Source: Acidobacteriota bacterium (lineage in GTDB: Bacteria > Acidobacteriota > Vicinamibacteria > Vicinamibacterales > SCN-69-37). Taken from it: a stretch of DNA of 64,000 nt. Below, one piece after another: positions 1 through 9,567 of this stretch (the first letter of the stretch is position 1; every line of letters starts with the position of its first letter). Below the pieces are notes generated by a model. It did no database searches, had not been told where the DNA came from, and saw only the letters and a list, made by a program, of their open reading frames with translations. The stretch covers positions 19,541 through 83,540 of the forward strand of contig QGVF02000010.1 in NCBI GenBank assembly GCA_003242705.2. Reading direction: 5' to 3'. The position numbers and the translations under genes are program-made.

Positions 1-818
1 TGACCGCCGTGACCGGCATGCCGTTCCGCTGGGCGCTCAATCCATACCGCGGGTGTACGCACGCCTGCGAGTACTGCTACGCGCGCAAGTACCAGCGGCA
101 TCTCGAGCTCGGCGCCGGCGACGACTTCTCGTCGGTCATCTTCGTCAAGACGAACCTGCCGTCGACGCTCACGCGTGAACTCGCCAGGCCGGGCTGGACG
201 CGCGAGGTGGTGGCCGTCGGCACTGCCACCGATCCGTATCAGCCGATCGAAGGGCACTACCGCATCACGCGCCGCTGCCTCGAAGCGCTGGTCGCGGCGC
301 GCACGCCGTTCTCCCTCGTCACCAAGGGGCCCATGGTCGTACGCGACACCGACGTGCTCGCCCGGGCGGCGCGCGGTGCCGGCTGCCAGGTGATGATGAG
401 CGTCCCCTCGATCGATGTGGACGCGGCAGCGCTGCTCGAGCCCGGTGCGGCGCCCCCGGCGCAGCGGCTGCGCGCGCTGCAGCAGCTGCGCGACGCGGGC
501 GTCCCGGTGGGCGTGCTCATGATGCCGCTCGTGCCCGGCGTGACGACCTCGCGTGAGTCGATCGACCGTACCGTTGCGGCCGTGGCCGAGGCGGGACTGC
601 CGCTGGCCGGCGCATGCGTGGCGCGTCTCGACGATGGGGTGAAGCCGTACTTCTTCGGGTTTCTCGAGCGGCAGCGTCCGGATCTGCTGCCGGGTTACCG
701 GCGCCTGTACGAGCGCACCCGGGCGCGCCGCGACTACGCGGCAGCCGTGGCGCGACGTGTCGAGGCCGCGCGGCAGCGCGTCGCAGCAGCGCAGTGCGCG
801 CTTACGAGGCCGGGATGA
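1..818 (+). CDS. radical SAM protein (SplB/Rv2578c-like); 5' end lies upstream of the window
   Basis: The frame is open to position 1. CTHACEYCYA supplies the CxxxCxxC radical-SAM cluster motif. GC3 is high and the stop is at 816-818. Confidence 0.8.
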   Translation, partial: TAVTGMPFRWALNPYRGCTHACEYCYARKYQRHLELGAGDDFSSVIFVKTNLPSTLTRELARPGWTREVVAVGTATDPYQPIEGHYRITRRCLEALVAARTPFSLVTKGPMVVRDTDVLARAARGAGCQVMMSVPSIDVDAAALLEPGAAPPAQRLRALQQLRDAGVPVGVLMMPLVPGVTTSRESIDRTVAAVAEAGLPLAGACVARLDDGVKPYFFGFLERQRPDLLPGYRRLYERTRARRDYAAAVARRVEAARQRVAAAQCALTRPG

Positions 819-2163
819 GCACCCACGAGCGGCTGCGCACGGTCACGCCGGGGCGCGCCACGCGCACCCTGAGCTCGCGCAGCCGTCCGTCGCGATCACT
901 TTCTTCAGGTTCGACGCCGAGCAAGTAGTGCGACGACGTCTCGCGGAGGACGCGGTCGAGCGCCGTTTCGCCGCCGCCCAGCAGCACGCGCAGCAGCGCG
1001 CCGCCCGACGCCCCTGAGAATTCCTCGAGCAGGCGTCCGCCGATCGCCATGTCGCGGCTGTGCGAGATGGGGGTGGCGCCGCCGCGGCGGTTCTCCGCGT
1101 TCATCGCCCGCGCCGCGCGGCGGTCGAGGTGCAGCGTGTAGATGGTCGTGTTGGTGGCCGCCGCGTCCTGGCCGAGCAGCTTCGCCAGATCACCAACGTC
1201 CGGTCGACCGCCGGGGCGATCGGTCACCGGGATGCCGGCGCTGAACAGCACCACGGTCTTGCGGCCCGGCTGCTCGTTGAGCAGCTGGATCAGCGACCGG
1301 AGGCCGTTGAGTCCTTCGGTGGCGCGCCCTTCGAGATAGAAGGCGAGCGTCGAGGCCTCGGTGTTAATCATCTCGGCGCAGGCCGAGCTGACCGATCCGC
1401 ACTCGCGCAGCTGCACGCGCTGCAGGGTGCTGCCGTCGCCGGTATCCATCAGGGCAATCGACGTGCTGCTGCCCATGATGGGCGGCCCGCCAAAGGCGGC
1501 GGCGCCTGCGCCGCGACCCGGCGTGATCGACGCCTGGCGCGAGAACTCCGCAGTGATGTCGATAATCTCCGACGGCGTCAGATTGTGTTCACCCGGCAGC
1601 GTCTGGCTGCGCCCGACGATCTGATCGATGACCTGGCTCACCACGTGATGGTCGAGCGTCGGCTCGAGTCGCGGACCGACGGGGAAGGTGTACAGACCGA
1701 CCGTGTCGTTGGGCTGCAGCCGCCGGATGAACCCGCGGGCGGCGGCCACCACGTCGCGCGATTCCTGGACGGTGAAGCTGTACGTGTCGAACGCGAGGAC
1801 GTACGTCCGGCCCGTACGGGCCACGTTCGTCGACGGCCACAGGTTCGTGGCCATCGGCCCGCTCGTCACCCGGCGCGGTGAATCGAGCGACTCGGGCGAG
1901 GCCGACTGAATGAAGTCCACCGAGACGACCCGGCGGGCGCGGCCGTTGAACTGCACCTCGAAGTCGTCGGGACCGAGCTCGACGACCGGGAAGCCGTCCT
2001 TGTCGACCACCTGCACGTCGACGGCGACAAGATCAACGGCGGCGCGGAACGTCGGCTGCTGGCCGCTCACCGGGACCACCGGCCGTGATGCGAGCAGCGC
2101 GACGGCCACGACGGCCCCGAACCCGCACGCACGCAACGTCCTCCTCATGCTCTTGCCGGTCAT
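802..2163 (-). CDS. secreted VWA domain protein (VWFA-related, Acidobacteria-type family)
   Basis: ATG at 2161-2163 gives MTGKSMRRTL followed by a hydrophobic signal region. The [20 protein letters not shown]-terminal block and later VLFSAG/TIYT blocks are typical of this family. The part of the 977-aa track ORF upstream of 2163 is Arg/Pro-rich junk. Confidence 0.75.
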   Translation of the reverse strand: MTGKSMRRTLRACGFGAVVAVALLASRPVVPVSGQQPTFRAAVDLVAVDVQVVDKDGFPVVELGPDDFEVQFNGRARRVVSVDFIQSASPESLDSPRRVTSGPMATNLWPSTNVARTGRTYVLAFDTYSFTVQESRDVVAAARGFIRRLQPNDTVGLYTFPVGPRLEPTLDHHVVSQVIDQIVGRSQTLPGEHNLTPSEIIDITAEFSRQASITPGRGAGAAAFGGPPIMGSSTSIALMDTGDGSTLQRVQLRECGSVSSACAEMINTEASTLAFYLEGRATEGLNGLRSLIQLLNEQPGRKTVVLFSAGIPVTDRPGGRPDVGDLAKLLGQDAAATNTTIYTLHLDRRAARAMNAENRRGGATPISHSRDMAIGGRLLEEFSGASGGALLRVLLGGGETALDRVLRETSSHYLLGVEPEESDRDGRLRELRVRVARPGVTVRSRSWVLIPAS

Positions 2164-2391
2164 CTTGCACACTCCAGTTCGCTGCAGGTTCCCGGACGGG
2201 CCCACGGCACACGCCAGCCTGGAAGACACGTGTCGACGGGGCACGGCAGCAGGTCCGGCGGCACGGCTGCGGACGACAGTTCGTCGAATCCGGGAAATCC
2301 CGGTACAAAATAGCACCGCGGAGAACGGCGGCAAGCCTTTTCTGCCGGCCGGCGCGATTCCGGAGCGCCTGCCGTTTGCCTTCACTCTCAG

Positions 2392-2934
2392 GTGCACATC
2401 GTGCTGCGATTCCCGCGTCTTTCTGCTGTGATTCTGTTCGTTGCTGCCGGCGGTCTGATCGTGGCCTGTGGCAACCCCAATCGACCGGTCACGCTTCCCG
2501 GACCCGATCAGGCGCAGGTCGCCCGCGGCGCCGTCCGCGCGCTCGCCGCGCTCGGGTCCGGAGCCGAGCCTTCGCCGCCGGCCGAGACATGTGGCGAAGC
2601 GAGCGCACCCACCGCATTGACCGGCGACCTCAACGGCGACGGCACGACCGACGTCGTCATGTGGGCTGTCGTCGATGGACGTCACCGGCTCGTCGCCGTC
2701 TTCGCACGGCTCGATGGCGAGTACCTGGCGGTTCCGGTCGGTGAGCTCGATGGCGATGGCGCGCCCGTCGGCGTGCTCGAGATCGAGCGTCGAGGGACGC
2801 CCTACCAGCTCGCGTCGCTTGCCGTCGACTTCTTCTTCGGTCTCGATACCGTCGTGACTCGCGCGTGCGACGGCACGCGCGTCGCCTGGTTCTGGACCGG
2901 CTCGCGCTTCGAGCCTCAGCGGCTCGCCAGCTGA
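2392..2934 (+). CDS. hypothetical lipoprotein with one FG-GAP/VCBS-like DLNGDGTTD motif
   Basis: GTG start. Signal peptide with lipobox LIVAC. Good GC3. No recognisable catalytic motif. Confidence 0.55.
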   Translation: MHIVLRFPRLSAVILFVAAGGLIVACGNPNRPVTLPGPDQAQVARGAVRALAALGSGAEPSPPAETCGEASAPTALTGDLNGDGTTDVVMWAVVDGRHRLVAVFARLDGEYLAVPVGELDGDGAPVGVLEIERRGTPYQLASLAVDFFFGLDTVVTRACDGTRVAWFWTGSRFEPQRLAS

Positions 2935-3818
2935 TCGAGCCGCACCAGGCGCGCGACCTCTTCGGCCGAGATCTCCTCCTCGTCGGCGATCAGGTCGACG
3001 AGGCGCGCGGCGTGGCCGATGACGGCCGCCGGCGACATGCCGCGGCGTCGAAGCTCCGGGATGCCCGTGTCGCCGTCGGCCTTGCTGAGTTTCTGCTCCG
3101 GGCCCTTCATCACCAGCGGGTGATGCGCGAAGCGCGCCGGCTGCGAGCGGCCGATCAGCGCCGCCAGGGCGATCTGGGGCCCGGTCGCATCGAACAGATC
3201 CACGCCGCGGACGACGAGGTCGACGTCCTGCAGCAGGTCGTCGACGACGACCGCGAACATGTAGGTCCAGTTGCCGTGGCGGTCGCGAATCGCCACGTCG
3301 CCGTGCGTCAGAGCAGGCTGCTGGCGTACCGGGCCGCGCAGCAGATCGGTGAAGGCGACCTCGCCGGGATCCATCCGCACGCGCCACGTCACGCCCGGGT
3401 CGAGCGCGATCCCGCGATCGCGGCACCAGCCCGGGTATGCGCTCGTCTGGCGTCCCGCCCGTCGCGCGATCTCCTGGCGCGTGCACGTGCAGCCGTACAG
3501 GCGACCCTCGGCGGCGAGGCGTCGGGCAACGGCTGCGTAGATGGCGTCGCGGTCGCTCTGCCGCGACGGGCAGGGGCCACGGCGGAAGTCCGACGTCGGA
3601 TAGATGTCGGGAACGAAGCCGAGCCAGTCGAGATCGTCGAGCAGCTGCGCTTCGAACGCCGGGCGCGACCGCTGTCGGTCGTGGTCCTCGATGCGCAGCA
3701 GCACGCGTCCGCCGAGCTGCCGCGCCAGTCCCCACACGAAGATGGCGTTGACGACGTGGCCGAGGTGGAGCAGGCCGGTGGGGGCGGGGGCGAAGCGTGT
3801 GAGGGGCGAGCCCGTCAT
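2916..3818 (-). CDS. gluQ: tRNA glutamyl-Q(34) synthetase (GluQRS)
   Basis: RFAPAPTGLLHLGHVVNA is the class I HIGH motif and QKLSKADG is the KMSKS-like motif. At about 300 aa it is a truncated GluRS without an anticodon-binding domain. ATG at 3816-3818 overlaps the upstream stop (ATGA). Confidence 0.85.
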   Translation of the reverse strand: MTGSPLTRFAPAPTGLLHLGHVVNAIFVWGLARQLGGRVLLRIEDHDRQRSRPAFEAQLLDDLDWLGFVPDIYPTSDFRRGPCPSRQSDRDAIYAAVARRLAAEGRLYGCTCTRQEIARRAGRQTSAYPGWCRDRGIALDPGVTWRVRMDPGEVAFTDLLRGPVRQQPALTHGDVAIRDRHGNWTYMFAVVVDDLLQDVDLVVRGVDLFDATGPQIALAALIGRSQPARFAHHPLVMKGPEQKLSKADGDTGIPELRRRGMSPAAVIGHAARLVDLIADEEEISAEEVARLVRLDQLASR

Positions 3819-5239
3819 TTTCTCGATCGGCGCCAGAGCTGCCAGGCGTCGACGACCAGCGTGACGGCCAGCCAGCCGGCGATGATGGCGACCGGCCAGG
3901 CGAGCACCTGGGGCATCACGATGCCGACGACCGCCACGATCGTGAGCAGCGCTGCCAGCAGCAGCACGGGAGAAATCTCGACGCTCTCGAGCGGACGGTT
4001 GCCCGTGACGGCCGCGCCAAGCGTCCGGCCCACGCCGCTCATGGTCCGCGCGACGCGCCGGCGCGATCCGTAGCGTCCGTACTGCCGCAGGTGGAGGCGC
4101 CGCGGGCGCCGGGGCGAGGTCAGCACGACCTCGGTCGATCGCTCCAGATCCTTGAGGAAATGCTCTTCGAGCGTCCGGGCCACGCCGACGTCCTCGATGG
4201 CGACGTCGAGCTCCCAGTTGCCGATCCAGCTGTTGAGGTTGAGGTTGGTCGAGCCGATGCGCGCCCAGCGCGAATCGGCGACGGCCGTCTTCGCGTGCAC
4301 CATCGTGCCGTTCCACTCGAAGATTCGCACGCCGGCCTCGAGCAGCGGCCGGTAGAGCGAGCGCGCGATCGGCACCGTCCAGCCGACGTCGCTCTCGCGC
4401 GGGAGCAGCAGGCGGACATCGACGCCGTCGGCGGCCGCGCGCATCAGCGCTTCCATATAGGGGCCGGTGCCCATGAAATAGGCGTCGGTGATCCACAGGC
4501 TGCGTCGCGCTACGGTCCCCACGAGCAGGTCGAGGCGCAGCAGGTTTGCGGTGAACGGTTCGGTCGGGATCAGCCGCAGGTTGACCGTGCCGGCCGGCGG
4601 GATGTCGGCCGGGTCGGGCACGTCGAGCTCCGAGCCTCCCGCCAGCAGCCAGCTTTCGGCGAACGAGGCTTCGGCGTGCGCGACGGCCGGGCCGATGATT
4701 TCCAGGCCGGTGTCGCGCCAGGGCTCGCGGCCCTTCTTCGGATCGCCGACCCAGGCCTGTCCGATGCAGAGTCCGGACACGAACGCGATCCGTCCGTCGA
4801 CAGTGATCAGCTTGCGGTGGTTGCGCCGCAGCCAGCCGAGTGCGTTGCCGATGGTCGGCGGATTGAAGGGCCGCACCTGCCCGCCCGCCTTGACGAGCGG
4901 CGTGAAGAGTCCGAGCGCGGCGCCGACGCCGGCGCCGAACCAGTCGTAAATGACGCGGACGTCGACGCCCGCCCGCGCGCGGGCTGCCAGCAGGTCGACG
5001 AACCGGCGGCCGACTGCGTCGCGGTGGAAGATGTACATCTCGATGTGGATCGAGCGTTCAGCCGATGCGATGGCGGCTTCCCACGCGGGATAGTTCTCGG
5101 TCGCGTCGCGGAGGATCCGCACGGCGTTGCCGCCGACGAGCGGCGCACCGGCCGTCCGGCTGAAGGCCTGGTCGGCGGCGCCGCGGAGGGCCTGCAGGTC
5201 GAGGGCCGGGCTGCGGCGCACCGGAACGCGAAGGGGCAC
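3815..5239 (-). CDS. phospholipase D / cardiolipin synthase family protein with C-terminal membrane anchor
   Basis: Two HKD motifs (NHRKLITVDG and VHAKTAVADS). Two hydrophobic helices sit at the C-terminus rather than the N-terminus. Confidence 0.8.
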   Translation of the reverse strand: MPLRVPVRRSPALDLQALRGAADQAFSRTAGAPLVGGNAVRILRDATENYPAWEAAIASAERSIHIEMYIFHRDAVGRRFVDLLAARARAGVDVRVIYDWFGAGVGAALGLFTPLVKAGGQVRPFNPPTIGNALGWLRRNHRKLITVDGRIAFVSGLCIGQAWVGDPKKGREPWRDTGLEIIGPAVAHAEASFAESWLLAGGSELDVPDPADIPPAGTVNLRLIPTEPFTANLLRLDLLVGTVARRSLWITDAYFMGTGPYMEALMRAAADGVDVRLLLPRESDVGWTVPIARSLYRPLLEAGVRIFEWNGTMVHAKTAVADSRWARIGSTNLNLNSWIGNWELDVAIEDVGVARTLEEHFLKDLERSTEVVLTSPRRPRRLHLRQYGRYGSRRRVARTMSGVGRTLGAAVTGNRPLESVEISPVLLLAALLTIVAVVGIVMPQVLAWPVAIIAGWLAVTLVVDAWQLWRRSRK

Positions 5240-5370
5240 GCCCCGATCTTACGTGCAACCCGCTTCGGGGGTATGCTCAGGGCGCTCCGTACCAGCCGCT
5301 CGGTCGTCGACGCCCGGTTCACGAGGGAACCGGCGCGGCCGCGCCACGACGGGGTGGAAGAGAAGGGACC

Positions 5371-6426
5371 ATGACACGACGCGAACTGATTGCCGGCGCC
5401 GGATCCGCGCTGGCCTGCATGTCGCTCGGCAGCCTGCCGCTCTTCGGGGCGCAGGCCGGCACGTCGAAGCCGAAGCTCCGCCGCATGGGCGGAGAAGGCC
5501 CCGGCTTCGCGTACCGCCGCCGGGCCGGAAACTTCGACATCATCGAGCACTGCCACGCGCTCGGCCTCGGCGTGGCGCGCATCAGCGCGCCGCGCGACCC
5601 CGGCGAGATCCGCGCGCTGCGCGAGAAGCTCGACCGGCTCGAGATGCGCGTCATCGTGAGCGTGTCGCCGCCGCGCAGCGACGCCGACGTCGAGGCGTAC
5701 GAGGCCGGCATCCGCGCCGCCGCCGAGCTGGGCGCGGTCACGACGCACGCGTCGTTCACCGGCCGTCGCTACGAGGAGTTCACGCGGTTCGAGGACTTCA
5801 AGGAAAGCTTCGAAGCGCACAAGCGATCGGTCGAGCGCGCCGAGCCAATCCTCCGGAAGCACCGCGTGCGCCTGGCGATCGAGAACCACAAGGGCTGGCG
5901 CGCCGCCGAGCACGCCGAGTGGGTCCGGCAGGTCGGCAGCGAGTACGTGGGCGTCTGCTACGACTTCGGCAACAACATCGCGCTCTGCGAGCATCCCGAC
6001 GAGACGTTCCGCCTGCTGGCCCCGCTCACCTTCTACGTGAGCTTCAAGGACATGGCGGTCGAGATGTACGACGAGGGTTTCCTGCTGTCGGAAGTCGCGC
6101 TCGGCGACGGCGCGCTCGACATCCCCCGGATGGTGCGGGAGCTGCAGGCACGCGATCCCGAGATTGTCTTCGCGCTCGAGATGATCACGCGCGAGCCGCT
6201 CAAAATTCCGATCTTCACCGAGCAGTACTGGGCGACGTTCGACGACAGCTACAGCCCGCTGCCGGGCCGCGACGTGGCGCGCCTCATCGATTTCATCCGG
6301 AAGAATCCGCCGAAGAAGGGGCTGACGCGCACGGCCGGCCTGTCGCCCGAGCAGGGGCTGGCGCTCGAGGACGACCTCATCAATCGCTCGATCGCGTTCG
6401 CGCGCGAGCATCTCGACCTCAGCTGA
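5371..6426 (+). CDS. Tat-exported xylose-isomerase-like TIM-barrel protein (sugar phosphate isomerase/epimerase family)
   Basis: Twin-arginine signal MTRRELIAGAGS...AQA. LAIENHKGW and FALEM blocks are typical of AP_endonuc_2/TIM-barrel isomerases. Confidence 0.7.
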   Translation: MTRRELIAGAGSALACMSLGSLPLFGAQAGTSKPKLRRMGGEGPGFAYRRRAGNFDIIEHCHALGLGVARISAPRDPGEIRALREKLDRLEMRVIVSVSPPRSDADVEAYEAGIRAAAELGAVTTHASFTGRRYEEFTRFEDFKESFEAHKRSVERAEPILRKHRVRLAIENHKGWRAAEHAEWVRQVGSEYVGVCYDFGNNIALCEHPDETFRLLAPLTFYVSFKDMAVEMYDEGFLLSEVALGDGALDIPRMVRELQARDPEIVFALEMITREPLKIPIFTEQYWATFDDSYSPLPGRDVARLIDFIRKNPPKKGLTRTAGLSPEQGLALEDDLINRSIAFAREHLDLS

Positions 6427-6516
6427 CACATGCGCCGGGGGCGACAGGCGACCGTCGTCCCCGGCGCGTTTCTCGTTTGACGGCCCTGCCGCCACGCTCT
6501 TAGAGTGGAGCGACGT

Positions 6517-6897
6517 ATGGTCGCGCCGCTGCTGCGACGTCTGTCGGCTTTCGTGGTGCTTGTCGCGCTCTGCGGCAGCACCGTGCTGCCGCTGTTCGGC
6601 GACCTGCACACGGTTGCCGACGTCGCATGCGCTGACGATGCGTGGGTGACCGACGCGCACGCCGCTTCGCACCATGCGCAGGTGCAGTTCGAGAGCGTCC
6701 GCGAGCCCGTCGCCGGCGAGCACTGCGCCGCCTGCCACCTGCAGCGCGCGATGGCCGGTGCCGACGACGACGCGAAGCGCGCGCAGGCACTCGTAGCGGA
6801 GCGGCCCGGCTGGGCCGCGGCGCCGGCGATCGGTCGTCCCGACCGCGTTCCGCCGGCGGGCGTGCCGACACGCGCACCGCCCGTCACTCTCCTCTGA
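6517..6897 (+). CDS. small secreted Cys/His-containing protein of unknown function
   Basis: GGAG lies 6 nt before the ATG at 6517. Signal-peptide-like MVAPLLRRLSAFVVLVALCG. HHAQ...EHCAACH cluster. It sits directly upstream of the TonB-dependent receptor. Confidence 0.55.
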   Translation: MVAPLLRRLSAFVVLVALCGSTVLPLFGDLHTVADVACADDAWVTDAHAASHHAQVQFESVREPVAGEHCAACHLQRAMAGADDDAKRAQALVAERPGWAAAPAIGRPDRVPPAGVPTRAPPVTLL

Positions 6898-7026
6898 TTC
6901 CCGTCGTTTTCACGTTTTTCAGGGTCGGCATCGCCTTCGTGTCGACGACCTGCGCGGCCGCGTCAATGGATGCGGGGCCGCCGGCCGTCGCACGGGCATG
7001 CCTTTCGGACGAGAGAAGGAACTCAG

Positions 7027-9375
7027 ATGATTCGCGATGTTCTGCTTCGCGGTTTCGCCGGCGTCGCCCTTCTGGCGGGCGCCCTGGCGGCCGCCGGCGA
7101 AGCCACCGCCCAGACAGCGCCGGACACCGGCACCGTGACGGGCCGCGTCGTCCTCGCCGTCGATGGCTCGCCGGTGCACGGCGCGACGGTCGTCGTGGTG
7201 GGAACACGGCGGTCGGCCACCACGGACGAGACCGGCGGCTTCAGGATCGACAGTGTTCCAGTCGGCACGCATGAGGTGATCGCCCAGCGCGAGCACCTGA
7301 GCGCCGATCGCCAGACGGTGACGGTGACAGCCGGTGAGACGGTCGAGATCGCCTTCGCGCTGGGCCTCGAGGCGCGGCACGAAAGCATTGCCGTGACGGC
7401 CTCGGCCGTCGGCATCTCGACGACGTTCGATTCGTTCAGCTCGGTGAGCTCGCTCGACAGCCTCGATCTCGCCCTGGCGCGCGGGCCGTCGCTCGGCGAG
7501 ACGCTGGCGGGCCAGCCGGGCGTCGCGCTGCGGTCGTTCGGCCCGGGCAGCTCGCGGCCGATCATTCGCGGCTTCGACGGCGATCGGGTCCTCATCATGC
7601 AGGACGGCGTGCGCACCGGCGACCTGTCGAGCCAGTCGGGCGAGCACGGCGTCACGATCGATCCGGCCGGCCTCGAACGGATCGAGGTCGTGAAGGGACC
7701 CGCGACGCTGCTCTACGGCAGCAACGCCATCGGTGGCGTCGTCAATGCCATCACGCCGCAGGAGGCGTTCCGCGCGACGCCGTTCGACGGTGCGATTGGC
7801 GGCTTGTCGGTCGACACTGCCAGCAACAACGGCCAGGTCGGTGGCAGCGGGACCGTTCAGTACGGGCGGGGACCGTGGACCGTCTGGGCCGGCGGCGGGT
7901 CGCGGCGATCGGGCGACTATGCCTCGCCGCGCGGCGTGGTCGAGAACTCGGGGACGGTCCTGCACAACGGCCGGTTCGGCGCCGGATGGACCGGTTCACG
8001 TGTGTATGCCTCGGCCGGCGTCAACCTCGAGCGCAGCCGCTTTGGTGTGCCGTTTGCCGGCCTGTTTCACGGCGGTCACGCGCACGATCACGCCGACGAG
8101 GCCGACGACCACGACGACGAGCTCGAGATCGACCTGCGGTCGACGCGGCGCGAGCTGAGGTTCGACGCGGGCCTGCGCGATCTGGCCCACGCCTTCGCGC
8201 ACAACGTGAAGGTGATCTTCGCCTCGACCGGCTACGACCACGAGGAGCTCGAGCTCGAGCGTGGCGTCGAGTCGGTGGGCACGCGCTTCGAGAACGACAC
8301 GCAGACGCTGCGCATCGAAGTGGAGCAGCAGCGGGTCGGCCGGCTGACGGGGCGGCTCGGCGTCGAATGGCTCGGCCGCGACTACCGCGCCGAGGGCACC
8401 GAAGCGCTGTCGCCGCCGACGCGGCAGCGGGCGCTGTCAGCGTTTGCGTACGAGGAAGTCGACTTCGGGCGCACGCGGCTGCAGTTCGGCGGCCGGTTCG
8501 AGCACACCCGCTATCGTCCCGGCGATCGTCCCGCCTCCGGACATCAGCACGACGAGCACGCCCACGATGCCGACGAGCACGACGATGAGCACGAGGCGCC
8601 GCCGGTCGTGTCGCGATCGTTCGACGGCGTGTCGGGATCGATCGGGCTCCACCGGGCCATTGGCGAGACGGGCGCCTTCGTCGTGAACGCGACGACGGCG
8701 GCGCGGGCGCCGGCCCTCGAAGAGCTCTACAACTTCGGTCCACACGTGGGCAATCTGGCCTACGAGATCGGCAACCCGCAGCTCGCACTGGAACGGACGC
8801 TCGGGCTCGACGTCAGCTTCCGCCGCCGCGCCGGCGCGTTCACCGGCGAGGCGAACGTGTTCGTCTACGACGTCGCGAACTTCGTCTACCTGGACTTCAC
8901 GGGCGAGCTGGTGGGCGGGCTGCGCGAGGTCGAGTTCCGCCAGGACGACAGCCGGTTCGTCGGCGCTGAATTGACGGGAGAGATCGAGTTCGGCCCCGAC
9001 GTTCACCTGAGTGCCAGCGTGAGCAGCGTGCGCGCCGAGCTGACGTCTACGGGTGAGCCGCTGCCGCGTATTCCACCGGTGTCCGGCCGCATCCGCCTCG
9101 AGATCCCGTGGCGAGGCCTTTCGTTCGATCCCGAAATCGTCTGGGCGGCGCCCCAGCGGCGCGTCTTCCGCGACGAGACGTCGACCGCCGGTTACGCGCT
9201 CCTTAACCTCGGCGCCACCTGGTTCATCGTCCGGCCGCACGCGACGCACGCGATCACGCTCGGCCTGCGGAACGTGACGAATACCGAATACCGGAACCAT
9301 ACGTCGTTCCTGAAGGAGTTCGTGCCCGAGATGGGGCGGAGCGTCAAAGCGACGTACACGGTCCGATTCTTCTGA
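7027..9375 (+). CDS. TonB-dependent outer-membrane receptor with carboxypeptidase-regulatory-like N-domain and two His/Asp-rich insertions
   Basis: AAGGA RBS before the ATG at 7027. Signal peptide ending AAGEATAQ, a GRV...GATV CarboxypepD_reg block, a plug region (IIRGFDGDRVLIMQDG) and the C-terminal beta-strand TYTVRFF. Confidence 0.9.
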   Translation: MIRDVLLRGFAGVALLAGALAAAGEATAQTAPDTGTVTGRVVLAVDGSPVHGATVVVVGTRRSATTDETGGFRIDSVPVGTHEVIAQREHLSADRQTVTVTAGETVEIAFALGLEARHESIAVTASAVGISTTFDSFSSVSSLDSLDLALARGPSLGETLAGQPGVALRSFGPGSSRPIIRGFDGDRVLIMQDGVRTGDLSSQSGEHGVTIDPAGLERIEVVKGPATLLYGSNAIGGVVNAITPQEAFRATPFDGAIGGLSVDTASNNGQVGGSGTVQYGRGPWTVWAGGGSRRSGDYASPRGVVENSGTVLHNGRFGAGWTGSRVYASAGVNLERSRFGVPFAGLFHGGHAHDHADEADDHDDELEIDLRSTRRELRFDAGLRDLAHAFAHNVKVIFASTGYDHEELELERGVESVGTRFENDTQTLRIEVEQQRVGRLTGRLGVEWLGRDYRAEGTEALSPPTRQRALSAFAYEEVDFGRTRLQFGGRFEHTRYRPGDRPASGHQHDEHAHDADEHDDEHEAPPVVSRSFDGVSGSIGLHRAIGETGAFVVNATTAARAPALEELYNFGPHVGNLAYEIGNPQLALERTLGLDVSFRRRAGAFTGEANVFVYDVANFVYLDFTGELVGGLREVEFRQDDSRFVGAELTGEIEFGPDVHLSASVSSVRAELTSTGEPLPRIPPVSGRIRLEIPWRGLSFDPEIVWAAPQRRVFRDETSTAGYALLNLGATWFIVRPHATHAITLGLRNVTNTEYRNHTSFLKEFVPEMGRSVKATYTVRFF

Positions 9376-9567
9376 GCGGCGGGAGGCATCGTCCGGGGGC
9401 GCACTTGCGCTGGAGGGGGCCTCTGGTGTCAAATTTCGCGCGGGGTTCTTCTGCCGGACTGCGCGCGGGATGGACGGCGATCGCCGTGATCGCCGGCGCG
9501 CGGCCCGGCGGCCCCGTGCCGGCAACCTGCTTCGGGCCGGCTTCTACCGCGCTGGATTGGACTGACT

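Noticed and set aside
802-3735. A 977-aa ORF on the minus strand
   Set aside because: Only the last 453 codons (from the ATG at 2163) look like a real VWA protein. The upstream two-thirds is Arg/Pro/Gly-rich, overlaps the real plus-strand lipoprotein gene and the gluQ region, and is a GC-driven stop-free frame.
4807-6738. A 643-aa minus-strand ORF covering the cls 5' region and the TIM-barrel gene
   Set aside because: It is antisense to the Tat-signal TIM-barrel gene and out of frame with cls. It has no motifs and an Arg/Ala-rich composition.
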